A DNA stretch of 64,000 nucleotides from Candidatus Moraniibacteriota bacterium (GTDB taxonomy: Bacteria; Patescibacteriota; Minisyncoccia; Moranbacterales; GWC2-37-73). The translations under genes and the position numbers were made by a program. A model generated the notes under the pieces. That model was not told where the DNA came from. It ran no database searches and saw nothing but the letters and a program-made list of their open reading frames with translations. Every line of letters starts with the position of its first letter. The first letter of the stretch is position 1. Of the stretch, positions 41,101 to 49,540 are shown one piece after another. Where the stretch lies: the NCBI GenBank assembly GCA_003507445.1, contig DNVR01000009.1:2485-66484 (forward strand), in the 5' to 3' direction.

Positions 41101-41129
41101 ATCAATTGTTTATGCGAAACTTTTACCAT
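38112..41129 (-). CDS. Type IV pilus/T2SS assembly ATPase with two tandem PilB/GspE ATPase units
   Basis: Two copies each of DIH.EP, GPTGSGKTTT, EDPIEY, RQ.PD..GEIRD, TGH..STLHTN and Cys Zn motifs. Confidence 0.93.
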   Translation of the reverse strand: MVKVSHKQLIHNTDKDEQAGKLLQHMRGESEEERAAQLASEYDLSYVDLNIFPVGAEDMRTISEEQSREFQICVFQKAGKELRMGLVDPANKKTLDQIESLKNENGWTIHLYVISNASLEKIWKRYADIPLLENLEAMQITLSGEDLEKFEKEFGSMLDLKKRIREIPTTQIISIIMAGAVKMKASDIHFEPQEEEVRMRFRIDGILQDVGRFPNDTYHFILSRIKMMGKMKINIRDIAQDGHFSIDMENGKINVRTNIIPGSHGESVVMRLLSQADILLSVEDLGLRGLAYENVQREIAKPHGMILTTGPTGSGKTTTLYALVNKLNVAGVKIITIEDPIEYEVKNISQTQVAKDRNYTFAEGLRAVVRQDPDVILVGEIRDDETADISVNAALTGHLVLSTLHTNNAPASIPRFIELGVKPNLIAPSVNCFIAQRLVRKLCQHCKEEYVPARETSDSVKKILSIISPKAKLEIPKTIEKLYRPVGCDKCHGLGFKGRIGIFEVLTISENIEKLILEMGGEREIAQTALEDGMITMAQDGILKAIEGLTSMEEVWRATGQTEFLEEIYEKLMSQSMSRAIDITEEDMLLVSQNLEPVESLKNLIEKSNQKSSAKYIFASSLLLNVGDIHIEPEEKSVKIRYRMDGILQTIAEIPLNEYPSLLGSIKFLSGFSTEVRGGVMDSRFSISLDKPFGNITDTKVDVRVSIILGGYGETVVMRLLNKSSIALDLEKLGIRKQNLEKIISEIKKPNGVFLTTGPTGSGKTTTLYSALKVLNNPEVKIITVEDPIEYQLDGILQTSVDDKEGYTFPTALRALLRQNPDIMMIGEIRDEETANIAIQAALTGHSILSTLHTNDAAGGVQRLVNMGVRSDDLATAVNALMAQRLVRKLCDCKTERHLTIGEISKMKKILGNVSEKSGIEVPNIEKVFEAKGCDKCNNIGYKGRTTISEVLVVDRDIEELITQSASSSQIRDKAMENGMISMEQDGMLKVLEGETSLEEVERVI

Positions 41130-41300
41130 ACTAGGTCATATAACATGAAACATATAGTATGTAACATGAATACAAAAAATTTGTTTTTGTTTTTTAAATC
41201 GATAATTTATTAATCTTATTATACCCCAAAAATGCTTTCCGAGCAAAAGAAAAACGACCAGTAAGAACTGCTCGCTTAGTTATTATCAAAAATTTCATTT

Positions 41301-42440
41301 TTATAAAACCAACCCTGTGCGGAGTTTTTCGACGATGTGTTGTCCTGCTTCGGTGGTGTCTCCTGATTGAAGTGAAAATTCGCAAACATCTCCGATTGCT
41401 TTGGCTTCAAGAATTTCGGCAACTTTTTTCAGCTGATCACTATTAATACATTTAATCACACCGCGCACTTGCCCTGGTGTTTCATTATAAAGCACCATAA
41501 AAATTTTGCCGGCAGAATAATTTTCTTTAATTTTATCCAAAATAAAAGGCACATCACTTGGTTTTGAGCGGCTCTGCACAAAATCCTCCAAAAACACGGG
41601 TGCCCAAGCCAATGAAATTTCATCTTCCCAATACAATCGTGCCATCACACGACCCCAAAGCTTCAAAAGATGAAGCGGCTGTGTCTTATAAAGATATCGA
41701 ATAATTTTTTGTTGATCAGCTCCCTTTGTCATTAGCATCGCACCAATTTGCAATGACTTTGGCGAAGTGTTTTTCTTTTGAAAACTGTTAGTTGCATCAA
41801 TAATTCCAGTGAGCAAACTTTCCGCCATCGTTTCATCAATACTTTTTTCATTTATTTTAGAAAACAAATCAGCCACCACTTCAGATGTTGAAGATGCAGT
41901 AATATCAACAATGTTTACTTGTCCAAAATTATCATTCTCTGTGTGATGATCAATATTAACAACAGGAACTTCATAAAAAATATCGGGATTTTCTTCGTAC
42001 ACTTTTCCAAGTGATTCTTTGTCGGGACTGCCAAGAACGATTACTAAATCATATTTAAACTTTGCAGGAATAAAAGAAAAATCACGAGGATCAATTGAGC
42101 CCTTTTCCGGAGTAATAAAAATGCGCAATTCATCTTCAACTCTTTCCGTGCGCACATTGGTAATTTTGTTAAACTTTGTGTTAAATGCCAACACAAAATC
42201 TCTTGCGCCCGCCAATGAATCCATCAAATCTTCCGGCTTTGTCAAAAATGAAAAACGCTGCAAATAATTTTCATCACTTGGAACGACAACTGTTGCTTCG
42301 ATATTATTTTTTTTCAAAAAGAAATATGTTGCCCACGCACTGCCAACCGCGTCGCCAGAAAAATCCTGCGCCATAAAAATAAGCGTATGCTTGGTATTTT
42401 TCAAAACATTATCAAATTGTTGCGCAAGATCTAAACTCAT
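41301..42440 (-). CDS. DHH family phosphoesterase-like protein
   Basis: GDAVGS, NIDHH, ASSTSE, TGII.AT.SF; motifs I/II partly degenerate. Confidence 0.8.
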   Translation of the reverse strand: MSLDLAQQFDNVLKNTKHTLIFMAQDFSGDAVGSAWATYFFLKKNNIEATVVVPSDENYLQRFSFLTKPEDLMDSLAGARDFVLAFNTKFNKITNVRTERVEDELRIFITPEKGSIDPRDFSFIPAKFKYDLVIVLGSPDKESLGKVYEENPDIFYEVPVVNIDHHTENDNFGQVNIVDITASSTSEVVADLFSKINEKSIDETMAESLLTGIIDATNSFQKKNTSPKSLQIGAMLMTKGADQQKIIRYLYKTQPLHLLKLWGRVMARLYWEDEISLAWAPVFLEDFVQSRSKPSDVPFILDKIKENYSAGKIFMVLYNETPGQVRGVIKCINSDQLKKVAEILEAKAIGDVCEFSLQSGDTTEAGQHIVEKLRTGLVL

Positions 42441-42713
42441 ATCGTTTCAGGTTTTAGGTTCCAGGTTTTAGGTTTTAGGTTTTAGTCTTATTAAGTTTTT
42501 ACTTTATGAACTTTACAACTTTTAACTTTACAACTTTTAACTGTTTAGCTAAGTAATATAAAGTAGCAGGCATTTTGAGTAATGTCAATAAAATGCTTGA
42601 CAATAAGCCACTTTGGGTGTATAATTATCTATTACGGTTGAAGTTCTTTCCAACAAAAAACTACAAGAAGCAGGTTATTTTTTCTGGCGCAAAGACGCCG
42701 AAAGGGGTGGACC

Positions 42714-43007
42714 ATGAAAAGGAAATTAATTTTTCTAACAATCATTGTTATGTTTACCTGCTCTGGATGTGGAACAATGGCCGGAGCGCTAATTGGGGCA
42801 GCTGTGGGTGGACGTGGTGGTGCTGGCAAGGGAGCGTTGATAGGGGCAGCAGTAGACGTGCTTTCTCTAGGGCAACAACCTATTTATCAAAATTATAATT
42901 ACAGCCCAGGACCAACATACTACGAACCTTTCTACCGAGCACCAGTTTGTTATTCAAGGCCCTGGTGTGATGTATGGGGCTGTAGAATGATAACGCTCTG
43001 CCAATAA
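42714..43007 (+). CDS. Small lipoprotein with glycine zipper
   Basis: Signal peptide, CSGC lipobox, GALIGAA repeats; promoter TTGACA(42597)-17-TATAAT; terminator 43013-43042. Confidence 0.8.
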   Translation: MKRKLIFLTIIVMFTCSGCGTMAGALIGAAVGGRGGAGKGALIGAAVDVLSLGQQPIYQNYNYSPGPTYYEPFYRAPVCYSRPWCDVWGCRMITLCQ

Positions 43008-43100
43008 TCAGAAGGGCAGCTCGACATTCGTCGACCTGCCCTCTATTTTTGCTTTTTTCTTTACTAATCTAAATTTTTGCTCTATGTTTTATGTTATATG

Positions 43101-43586
43101 TTGTATGAATACATAACACAATCATCACTTCAAACTAAAAAACTCGGCTCATTATTAGCTGAGGAACTTCGCGGTGGTGAAATCATTTGCCTTTCGGGAG
43201 ATCTTGGAGCAGGCAAAACAACTTTTACTCAAGGATTATTAAAAGGTTTGAAAATTAAAGGGCCATACACAAGCCCTACTTTTTCTATAATGAAACATTA
43301 TGTTAATAGAGCACGTAACATAAAACATGGAACAAAAAAAATGCTGCTCCATGATCCATGCTCCATGATCCATGACATTTACCATATCGATGCTTATAGA
43401 ATAACTTCCAAAGATTTGCTTGAGCTTGGCTTTGGAGATTTTGCTGGCAAGAAAAATTCCATCACTATCATTGAATGGCCAGAGAAAGTAAAGAAACTAA
43501 TTCCTACCAATGCGCTATGGATTAATTTCCAGTGGCTCAGTGAGAAAGAAAGAACAATAACCATCTCAACAAAAAAAGAGCGCTAA
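43101..43586 (+). CDS. tsaE: tRNA threonylcarbamoyladenosine biosynthesis ATPase (start uncertain)
   Basis: LSGDLGAGKTTF, SPTF, HIDAYR, IIEWPE. Confidence 0.93.
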   Translation: MYEYITQSSLQTKKLGSLLAEELRGGEIICLSGDLGAGKTTFTQGLLKGLKIKGPYTSPTFSIMKHYVNRARNIKHGTKKMLLHDPCSMIHDIYHIDAYRITSKDLLELGFGDFAGKKNSITIIEWPEKVKKLIPTNALWINFQWLSEKERTITISTKKER

Positions 43587-43664
43587 GCTCTTTTTTAGTA
43601 TTTAGTATTTGGTATTTAGTATTTGCATTTTTGTTGTTGGTTGTAAGTTGAAGGTTGTTAGTTT

Positions 43665-44672
43665 TTAGTTGACTTCAATATCAATATGCCGCACTTCTGG
43701 TATTTCAGATTTAATCTTTTCCTCCACATCGTCAATCAGGGTTCCAATCATACGCGGCACACGATCAGCATAATCAACACAAAAGCGTAGGAATTCATTA
43801 TACTCTCCATCAATTTTTTCAAATTCAGTTTTAAGTGCGTTTTCACGATACATCTTACGCATCAAAGCTGACCCGTTTATTTCCACTTCACACTTCACAC
43901 GATATTTTCCGATATCAATAATAACCGACTTGAAATCCAAAACTTTTTCAATTGCAGGATCAGCTTCCAAAATTTCAATGACTCTTTCTTCAACTTCTTT
44001 TGGAATAGATTTTCGAATCAAAAATCCACGATTAATATTTATCAAAACTATTGCCATCGCGCCCAACATTATTGCAATTATAATTGAGCCTATGGAATCC
44101 CAATATGTGTTGCCAGTATATTTTGTTAACAAAATACTAAAAAATGCAACGCTGACACCAAGCACTGCGGTGAAATCTTCCAGCAAAACTGCAATTGTTG
44201 CTGGATCTCCATATTTAAAAATATTAGTCCATTTTCCATTTTTCTTATGAGCACGCAATTCGCGATATGCAATAAGAAATGTTCCGGCTTCAATTACAAA
44301 AGAAATTGCCAAAATCACAAAAGCAATCGAACTGATATGCATTTGTTCTTTGTGCAAAAAACCCATTAAGCCATGATACAAAGTGATACCTGCGCCCAAA
44401 AAGAAAATACTGCAAGCACTTATCAGCGCCCAAAAAAATCTCTCGTTACCATAACCATAATGGAAGCCCTTGTCAGAAGGTTTCTGTGAGCGCTTGATTC
44501 CAATCATCAACAAAATTTGATTGAAGACATCAGCCACACTATGAATTGCTTCCGAAAAAAGCGCGCCCGAACCCGTCATAAAAAAACCAATCCACTTTAA
44601 GACCATAATAAAAACATTTCCAGTCAATGCTGCAAATACCGGCAAAAATCCATGTGAGTTTTCTGTATTCAT
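43665..44672 (-). CDS. Cation diffusion facilitator transporter
   Basis: SEAIHSVAD, YGYGNERF, LLEDFTA, DSIGS. Confidence 0.9.
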   Translation of the reverse strand: MNTENSHGFLPVFAALTGNVFIMVLKWIGFFMTGSGALFSEAIHSVADVFNQILLMIGIKRSQKPSDKGFHYGYGNERFFWALISACSIFFLGAGITLYHGLMGFLHKEQMHISSIAFVILAISFVIEAGTFLIAYRELRAHKKNGKWTNIFKYGDPATIAVLLEDFTAVLGVSVAFFSILLTKYTGNTYWDSIGSIIIAIMLGAMAIVLININRGFLIRKSIPKEVEERVIEILEADPAIEKVLDFKSVIIDIGKYRVKCEVEINGSALMRKMYRENALKTEFEKIDGEYNEFLRFCVDYADRVPRMIGTLIDDVEEKIKSEIPEVRHIDIEVN

Positions 44673-44801
44673 AAATGTTATTATACCATTATCCAGATGG
44701 CTTGACAAGAATTCAAAACCGTGCTATATTTCAAGTCCTCTTTAACAACAATATATTCTAATTTCTCTCACAAAAAAATACTACCAGAAAGGAGTTTTCT
44801 A

Positions 44802-44966
44802 ATGAACCCCCCGGTCGTACCACAAAAAACTGACGAACCGAAAAACATGGACGAGTTAGTTTTTAGGCTTTTATGCCAGCAGGGTGGCAAAGACTATGCA
44901 TTAAGCATAATGCGCATAGTCAATGGAATACGCAGAGCAAGGGAGATGAAGAGCATGCAAAGTTAA
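44802..44966 (+). CDS. Small hypothetical protein
   Basis: Promoter TTGACA(44702)-17-TATATT, boxA-like CTCTTTAACA, SD GAAAGGAG, ATG 44802. Confidence 0.6.
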   Translation: MNPPVVPQKTDEPKNMDELVFRLLCQQGGKDYALSIMRIVNGIRRAREMKSMQS

Positions 44967-45883
44967 ACAAACTTTGCTATATATTCAAACACCTTATCTT
45001 GTAAAGCCTTCTTCTCGAATCCGTTCGAGCGAAGGCTTTTTTTATCTTCATATAATTGATCAAACAATCTTTGATAATAATCCATCTTTTTTGTCGCATA
45101 ACCGTCTTCTCCATTATTTATTATAGAAGAACCATAATAAACATCTGCTTGCGTCAAAAGCTCCTTAATAAACATTGACTGACCTTCGTGTTTTTCCAAT
45201 ATTTCCATTCCAGTATTTTTTTGTTTTGCGAGGCTCTCACAAAGCATGTTCAGTGTTTCTTTATCAATTCCAGCAAAAAAAACAGGAACATCATCTATTT
45301 TACCCTTAGTATCATCTATTTTTGATTTAAAATATTTAACACTAAAAAATTTTCCGCTTTTAACAGCATCCAAACATTTTGATTTCTTTTTGTTAAGCGT
45401 GTCGTAATTAATAGCAGTTGTAAGATCCACACCAATTCTCGTAACTGATCCGTCGGCATTTGAAAATTCCAACACCACATCGCAGTGCGCACCACTAGCG
45501 ATTTTGTCATCAAATTCACTCAATTGAACAACCTTAACACCTTCACCAAACCAATTATACTTTTCAACCAAATCAGTAAACATATTTTCCAATACAACAC
45601 TCTCCTTAGTTGGCTCCTTATAGTCTTTTCCCTTTTTAATATACTCAACCCTTTCTCTATCTTTTTTTATTTCTTCCACAGGATAAACATCGCCAAATTC
45701 CTCCATATTAAGCTTTTCATCTCTCTTAAGGTACATATCAAAAATTCCTTCGGCCGTTGCAATACTCGTTCTTCTTATTTTTTCTTCAGTTGTTACTGCC
45801 CTTGATGCTCCCATTATTGGTTCCTCTTTTTTTATAGCAGGATTTTCAACTGGATTGGGCGCACTATTTTCAAAAATATTCAT
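44963..45883 (-). CDS. Hypothetical protein (possible PD-(D/E)xK-like fold)
   Basis: 306-aa ORF; SEFDD...D.V.EF...IGVDLT acidic pattern. Confidence 0.7.
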   Translation of the reverse strand: MNIFENSAPNPVENPAIKKEEPIMGASRAVTTEEKIRRTSIATAEGIFDMYLKRDEKLNMEEFGDVYPVEEIKKDRERVEYIKKGKDYKEPTKESVVLENMFTDLVEKYNWFGEGVKVVQLSEFDDKIASGAHCDVVLEFSNADGSVTRIGVDLTTAINYDTLNKKKSKCLDAVKSGKFFSVKYFKSKIDDTKGKIDDVPVFFAGIDKETLNMLCESLAKQKNTGMEILEKHEGQSMFIKELLTQADVYYGSSIINNGEDGYATKKMDYYQRLFDQLYEDKKSLRSNGFEKKALQDKVFEYIAKFV

Positions 45884-46080
45884 ATTTTATCGCTTAATTA
45901 TTGTTTATTCATTATATCACGCTGTTTTTATATACACAAAAATGAAAAAGGACTCATATTTATGGTCCTTTTTTCGAGGTTATCTTAACCTCCTTTGCTT
46001 TTATTTCATGGCGCATCATTGATGCGGCAAGTCTGATTTTTGTTTTTTCGTCAGAAAATCAGAAAACATCTTGAAAATCA

Positions 46081-46161
46081 TTACTTCCCAGCTTTAGCCT
46101 GATTGGCTTCTGCTTGAGAAAAATAGACGATTCCATCGACGATGTAATATTGTTTTGCCAC
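46081..46161 (-). CDS. Putative 26-aa small protein MAKQYYIVDGIVYFSQAEANQAKAGK
   Basis: GTG start 7 nt after SD AAGGGGGTG; upstream TTGACA(46275)-16-CATAAT; not in the ORF track. Confidence 0.5.
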   Translation of the reverse strand: MAKQYYIVDGIVYFSQAEANQAKAGK

Positions 46162-46319
46162 TGTGCATCACCCCCTTTCTTGAACATATCAGAAAGGGCG
46201 ACAACGAAATCAGGGCGACTGCATCCGACAAAATACTACCTAGCACAATTATGCGCCAACGTTGATTTTTGTCAATAAAAAAGAGCACATACAACCACGT
46301 ATGCGCTCAATAACCAACA

Positions 46320-46529
46320 TCACATTATAATCCTCTCTCCTCGGAGAATTTTTACTATCTCTCGAGGATCTGTAACGTTTTTCAAGTTTTCCCCGGCCTT
46401 ACGACCAGGGAAGTCCATGGCGATTGTCGGGGGCGATACACCCCTCCAATATGACGCCACCATGGACTTACCACTGACACCTACCACGCATGATTGCGTG
46501 GTAGAAAATATCTCAAAAATCGTTTTCAT
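46320..46529 (-). CDS. Hypothetical protein
   Basis: SD AAGGAG within the repeated leader motif. Confidence 0.65.
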   Translation of the reverse strand: MKTIFEIFSTTQSCVVGVSGKSMVASYWRGVSPPTIAMDFPGRKAGENLKNVTDPREIVKILRGERIIM

Positions 46530-46536
46530 TTTTGAT

Positions 46537-46663
46537 CTCCTTTTGCCTGCCTGTGATTCCTCATCAGGACTTACAGCATCTATTGAAGTTTAACTACCCA
46601 CCAATATTTTCATAAAAAATATAAAGGGTAGTCAAACTGCGGAGAAAATTTTTTCAAAGAACA
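46537..46663 (-). promoter_or_regulatory. Repeated structured leader motif, copy A (boxA + hairpin + SD-proximal stem)
   Basis: Homologous to 47828-48003 with compensatory changes. Confidence 0.7.
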
Positions 46664-46706
46664 AAACTTTCTATCTGAATCCACATTTTTCAAAATATGA
46701 ATTCAG

Positions 46707-46742
46707 AAAAAAGTGGGAGCGAGCGACCAAGCAACGCTCCCA
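46707..46742 (-). terminator. Intrinsic terminator between the two cassettes
   Basis: GGGAGCG...CGCTCCC-ACTTTTTT on the minus strand. Confidence 0.75.
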
Positions 46743-46846
46743 ATTAACCTACAAACCTTTTTGCTTTTGTCTGGGTTCTCCTTGCAGCGGTTTCTATTTC
46801 CGCACCAGACACCATTACTCACACAAGAGATTGTGTAAGACTACAT

Positions 46847-47821
46847 TTACTTCCAGCACCAGTTCGTTTCCGAAGCTGGCGCATTACAACGGTCGCCAGC
46901 AAAATGCATCAGCATTTTTTTACTGGCGCCATAGGAGATGTACGTAATTTTTTCATTACAACCGCTCCTATCAATTGTAATGGTGAAGTTGGCGGCGCTC
47001 TGTCCACTATCGCTCATGGAAAGAACATATTCCCCGAGAATGCGAGCATTCTCATCAGTGAGAACCGCTTTAGCAGCCTCATCGAAGTGCTGTACTTTCT
47101 GAGCTAGGTGGGCAATGGCACCCATTACCTCAGCGTGTACCCACTGTCGCGGGTACTGAAGCTGGTGATTGAAATGTTCCACCAGATTCATTTTTACCTC
47201 CTCCTTTTTGGAAAAGGAAGTGAGGGCGAGGTGCTGCGCCGCGATGACAACCACGGCGTAGCTTTTTTCGGGAAAGATCTTTGCCAGCTCTTCCTCAGCA
47301 ACCTTCTGATACTCTTCCGACGGCGCCCAACCGCCAGAGAAGCTGCCCGAGAAGTATTTCTCCGGTTGCCCGGAAAAAATAATAGCGGCCGCCTTCGTTG
47401 CATCCCAGCCGTTTCCAGCCGGGAGATTCTTTTCTTCTTTGAGGTTCCAGATCTTGGCCTCAAAGTTTTTCTTAATCTCGTTATATTCTTCTATTGCTAG
47501 ATTTCCCTCAAAAGAACCATAGGTTCCCTCAACGGAAATGATCTGCACTTCCCCTTTCAGTGCGAAAGGAAGGAGTTCCTGGCACTGGAAACCATTGAGA
47601 GCGCCATCGTACTGCACTGTGGCATTCTCGGAAGATGACGGGTTCATAATCGCGTACTTGAACCCACTCCATGCGGTAATCCACATGGTGCCGTCTTCCG
47701 ACAAGGTTGCGGAAGAATTGAAATCCTCCTCAAACCCTATCCCTTCCTGCCCGATTGCTTCCTGAAAACAGGAGGCTAATTGGATTCCAGAAACACCTGC
47801 TAATGTGAAATTGATTTTCAT
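46847..47821 (-). CDS. Hypothetical protein (GC-richer; possible two-gene fusion)
   Basis: 324-aa ORF, SD AAGGAG; internal in-frame SD AGGAGGAGG + ATG at 47191. Confidence 0.75.
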   Translation of the reverse strand: MKINFTLAGVSGIQLASCFQEAIGQEGIGFEEDFNSSATLSEDGTMWITAWSGFKYAIMNPSSSENATVQYDGALNGFQCQELLPFALKGEVQIISVEGTYGSFEGNLAIEEYNEIKKNFEAKIWNLKEEKNLPAGNGWDATKAAAIIFSGQPEKYFSGSFSGGWAPSEEYQKVAEEELAKIFPEKSYAVVVIAAQHLALTSFSKKEEVKMNLVEHFNHQLQYPRQWVHAEVMGAIAHLAQKVQHFDEAAKAVLTDENARILGEYVLSMSDSGQSAANFTITIDRSGCNEKITYISYGASKKMLMHFAGDRCNAPASETNWCWK

Positions 47822-47827
47822 TGTAAG

Positions 47828-48565
47828 CTCCTTTGCCTACCTGTTCCGCTTAGCGGAATCAGGATTTATGGCATCTTTGTGTGAAGTTTGACTGCTCAAT
47901 AAAATTTTCATTCAATAAAAATTCAAAGAGCAGCCAAACTTCTTTTCATCATTCACATATTTATGTGAAAGTGATTTTCAAACTATTCAGTTTTTAAAGA
48001 TCAACATTCTTTCCTGTCTCTCAAAAAGAAAGAAATGTTCCCGTGGATTTTTCATTTCGCCATTTGGCTAATAAAAAAATTTCCTCCACAACTGCGTAAA
48101 TGATAGGCAGATACTTTTTTGGATGAGAGAGACTTTATCCAAGAGCAAAGCATTTGCCGAAAAATCATTTACACAGTCGTAAAGAAAATTTGGGTTGGCG
48201 AAGGATTTCTCTCTCAGAACCCTTCGCCTATTGTTTCATATAATTTTGTATAATGTACTTGTCCTTTCGAATGTTATCGTAAGGAGTGTAGTAGAAGCGT
48301 TCCTATCTTTTTTGAGAAGATTCTCTCGGGAACACTTCTACCTTCACTCATTGCGAAGATGTAGAAACGTAACGAACCTTACCGTAGGACTGTCTCCCTC
48401 TCTTTTTAGTCCTACAACTTGGTTACTGTTTGCTAGGATCTGGTTAGTGATCCCCCTTGCCTACTTAGAGTGAATGTCGCGTTGCGACTTCGGCAGTTGT
48501 ACATCTTTTAATTGACTAAAGGTACTTGTTAAGTGAGTCCCGTTTGGGTAATTCATCTTAACAAG
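47828..48565 (-). ncRNA. Candidate large structured leader/ncRNA including leader motif copy B
   Basis: Promoter TTGACA(48596)-17-TATACT(48573); dense long hairpins over ~740 nt; no credible minus-strand ORF. Confidence 0.6.
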
Positions 48566-48726
48566 CAAGTATACACCCAAATAGACTAATTGTCAATACT
48601 AACAGTGTCATAATATTCAATTTGTACATAATATGGCTTACATAATTGCAGTATTTGGCTTATTATTGCAAGCATAGTGTCATATTGTATATTGACAATT
48701 ATCATTCAATCTGCTATACTTAGAGT

Positions 48727-49533
48727 ATGAAAACATCAAATACATCTAAAAAATCAATACTTTCAAAGGCGGGACTTACTGGAACGCAGTCAGAAACATT
48801 CGCCTATCTGCTTGAACATGGGGAAGAAAAAGCCTCTATTGTAGCTAAAGGAGCCAAAATGCCACGCGGAGTGGCCTATAAAGCACTCGAGGAGCTTTTA
48901 GAGCTTGGCTTGGTGGAAAAAATCGAAAAAGGTGGCAAGATAGCCACTTTTCGCCCAGTTCATCCGTCTATTTTGGAAAAATTCTTTGAAAACAAGGAGA
49001 AACAAGCCAAAAAAGACAAAGAACAGTTTTTTGCCTCTTTGCCTGATCTAGTTTCACTATATAACCTTTCAACTCAGCGCCCAGGTGTCACCTATTTTGA
49101 GGGAGATGAGGGAATTGAGCGAATTTTGGAAGATGGGCTGACATCCAACACTGACATTTATATGTATGGCGATGTGGAAACTTCCATGAAACATGCAACT
49201 GAACTTAATGAGCGTTATGGAGAAAAAAGAAAGAAGGCTGGCATCAAAAAAAAGACAATTGTGCCAGACACACCATTTGCGAGAAAATATCTTAAAAACT
49301 ATAACACTGAAATAACAGAGGTGCGCTTTATCCCTAAAGAATTCTTTCCCTTTGCTACAGCTTCAACGCTTGAGATTTATGACGGAAAACTTTCGTACCT
49401 CACCGTTGATGAAAAAACAAAAATCGGCGTGCTACTGCACGACCGAAATATCTTCATGCTTCATAAACAACTTTTTGAATTCACTTGGAGCCATGCAAAA
49501 ACATTTGACCAACTAGAAAAATTGTCATCCTGA
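48727..49533 (+). CDS. TrmB family transcriptional regulator (probably leaderless)
   Basis: wHTH GL...TFAYLLEHG..RGVAYKAL..L.ELGLV, VTYFEG.EG; TTGACA(48692)-17-TATACT ends 6 nt before the ATG. Confidence 0.88.
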   Translation: MKTSNTSKKSILSKAGLTGTQSETFAYLLEHGEEKASIVAKGAKMPRGVAYKALEELLELGLVEKIEKGGKIATFRPVHPSILEKFFENKEKQAKKDKEQFFASLPDLVSLYNLSTQRPGVTYFEGDEGIERILEDGLTSNTDIYMYGDVETSMKHATELNERYGEKRKKAGIKKKTIVPDTPFARKYLKNYNTEITEVRFIPKEFFPFATASTLEIYDGKLSYLTVDEKTKIGVLLHDRNIFMLHKQLFEFTWSHAKTFDQLEKLSS

Positions 49534-49540
49534 ATTTATT

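Noticed and set aside
42575-42898. Alternative 107-aa ORF overlapping the lipoprotein
   Set aside because: Starts upstream of the promoter; the 42714 frame has the SD, signal peptide and lipobox.
46548-46572. Hammerhead ribozyme suggested by CUGAUGAG on the minus strand
   Set aside because: No stem II followed by GAAA-stem III, and the homologous copy at 47.85 kb lacks CUGAUGA.
46587-46638. Integron attC site
   Set aside because: Ends are not RYYYAAC...GTTRRRY, the site lies upstream rather than downstream of ORFs, and no integrase is present in the window.
48195-48473. 92-aa + strand ORF
   Set aside because: No SD, atypical composition, and it lies antisense within the structured leader.
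45950-49533. Prophage or IS element
   Set aside because: No integrase, transposase, structural genes or att repeats recognised.
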